Assembly (NCBI GenBank): GCA_963675595.2
Contig: CAXXLZ010000002.1
Span: forward strand, 3,392,001 to 3,456,000
Length of the DNA stretch: 64,000 bases
Origin: Thermodesulfobacteriota bacterium
GTDB taxonomy: Bacteria > Desulfobacterota > Desulfarculia > JACQYL01
Direction of reading: 5' to 3'
In this document: positions 63,757-64,000 of the stretch, one piece after another
Numbering within the stretch: position 1 is the first letter of the stretch
How the letters are laid out: each line of letters starts with the position of its first letter
Made by a program: the position numbers and the translations under genes
Notes under the pieces: model-generated
Databases searched by the model: none
What the model was told of the DNA's origin: nothing
The model's input: only the letters and a program-made list of their open reading frames with translations

Positions 63757-64000
63757 GAGTCCTGGGTCTCTTCCCGCGAGTTGAATGGTCTTTCCGGCGG
63801 CCCTTGAAAAGGAGACGTCAAGTATCGTCAAGACGACCGGCAAGGCTGGCGGAGCGCCTTGCGGACTTTCCGCGGACGAGTTTGACTCCTTCTATTTAAT
63901 GATAACCCAATTCCCGCGCGGCAGTCACGGCCGGCATGCGTTCCAAAGCCCGTCGGGCCCCGACGGCGATTTCCGGTTCCACTTGCACCAGACCTTCAGT

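Overview
GC-rich chromosomal segment, probably from a deltaproteobacterium (Desulfobacterota-like; inferred from gene content). It carries a hybrid histidine kinase with a REC-HDOD partner, an AT-richer single-gene islet encoding a putative PD-(D/E)XK nuclease, acyl-CoA ligase genes and a eukaryote-type PFK-2/FBPase-2 gene. A long housekeeping run follows (secA-argJ-plsC-rnj-ftsK-lolA-tilS-ftsH-folP-cdaA-cdaR-glmM-coaX, peptidoglycan recycling genes), then pit, malQ, mscS, corA and a complete trpEGDCFBA operon. The end of the window holds an AT-rich island with two IS elements and a NiaR-like regulator. Main observations: (1) an unannotated WWW trp leader peptide controls two tandem terminators whose arms can be linked in a domino-like antiterminator cascade; (2) a foreign membrane-protein gene reassembles in frame once two IS insertions are removed, and it also carries an 11x16-bp stop-containing tandem repeat and a further in-frame stop; (3) two families of dispersed MITE/REP-like repeats; (4) a candidate structured RNA near 45.4-45.6 kb. 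No tRNA, rRNA or CRISPR array was recognised. All calls come from reading the sequence; no database search or folding program was run.
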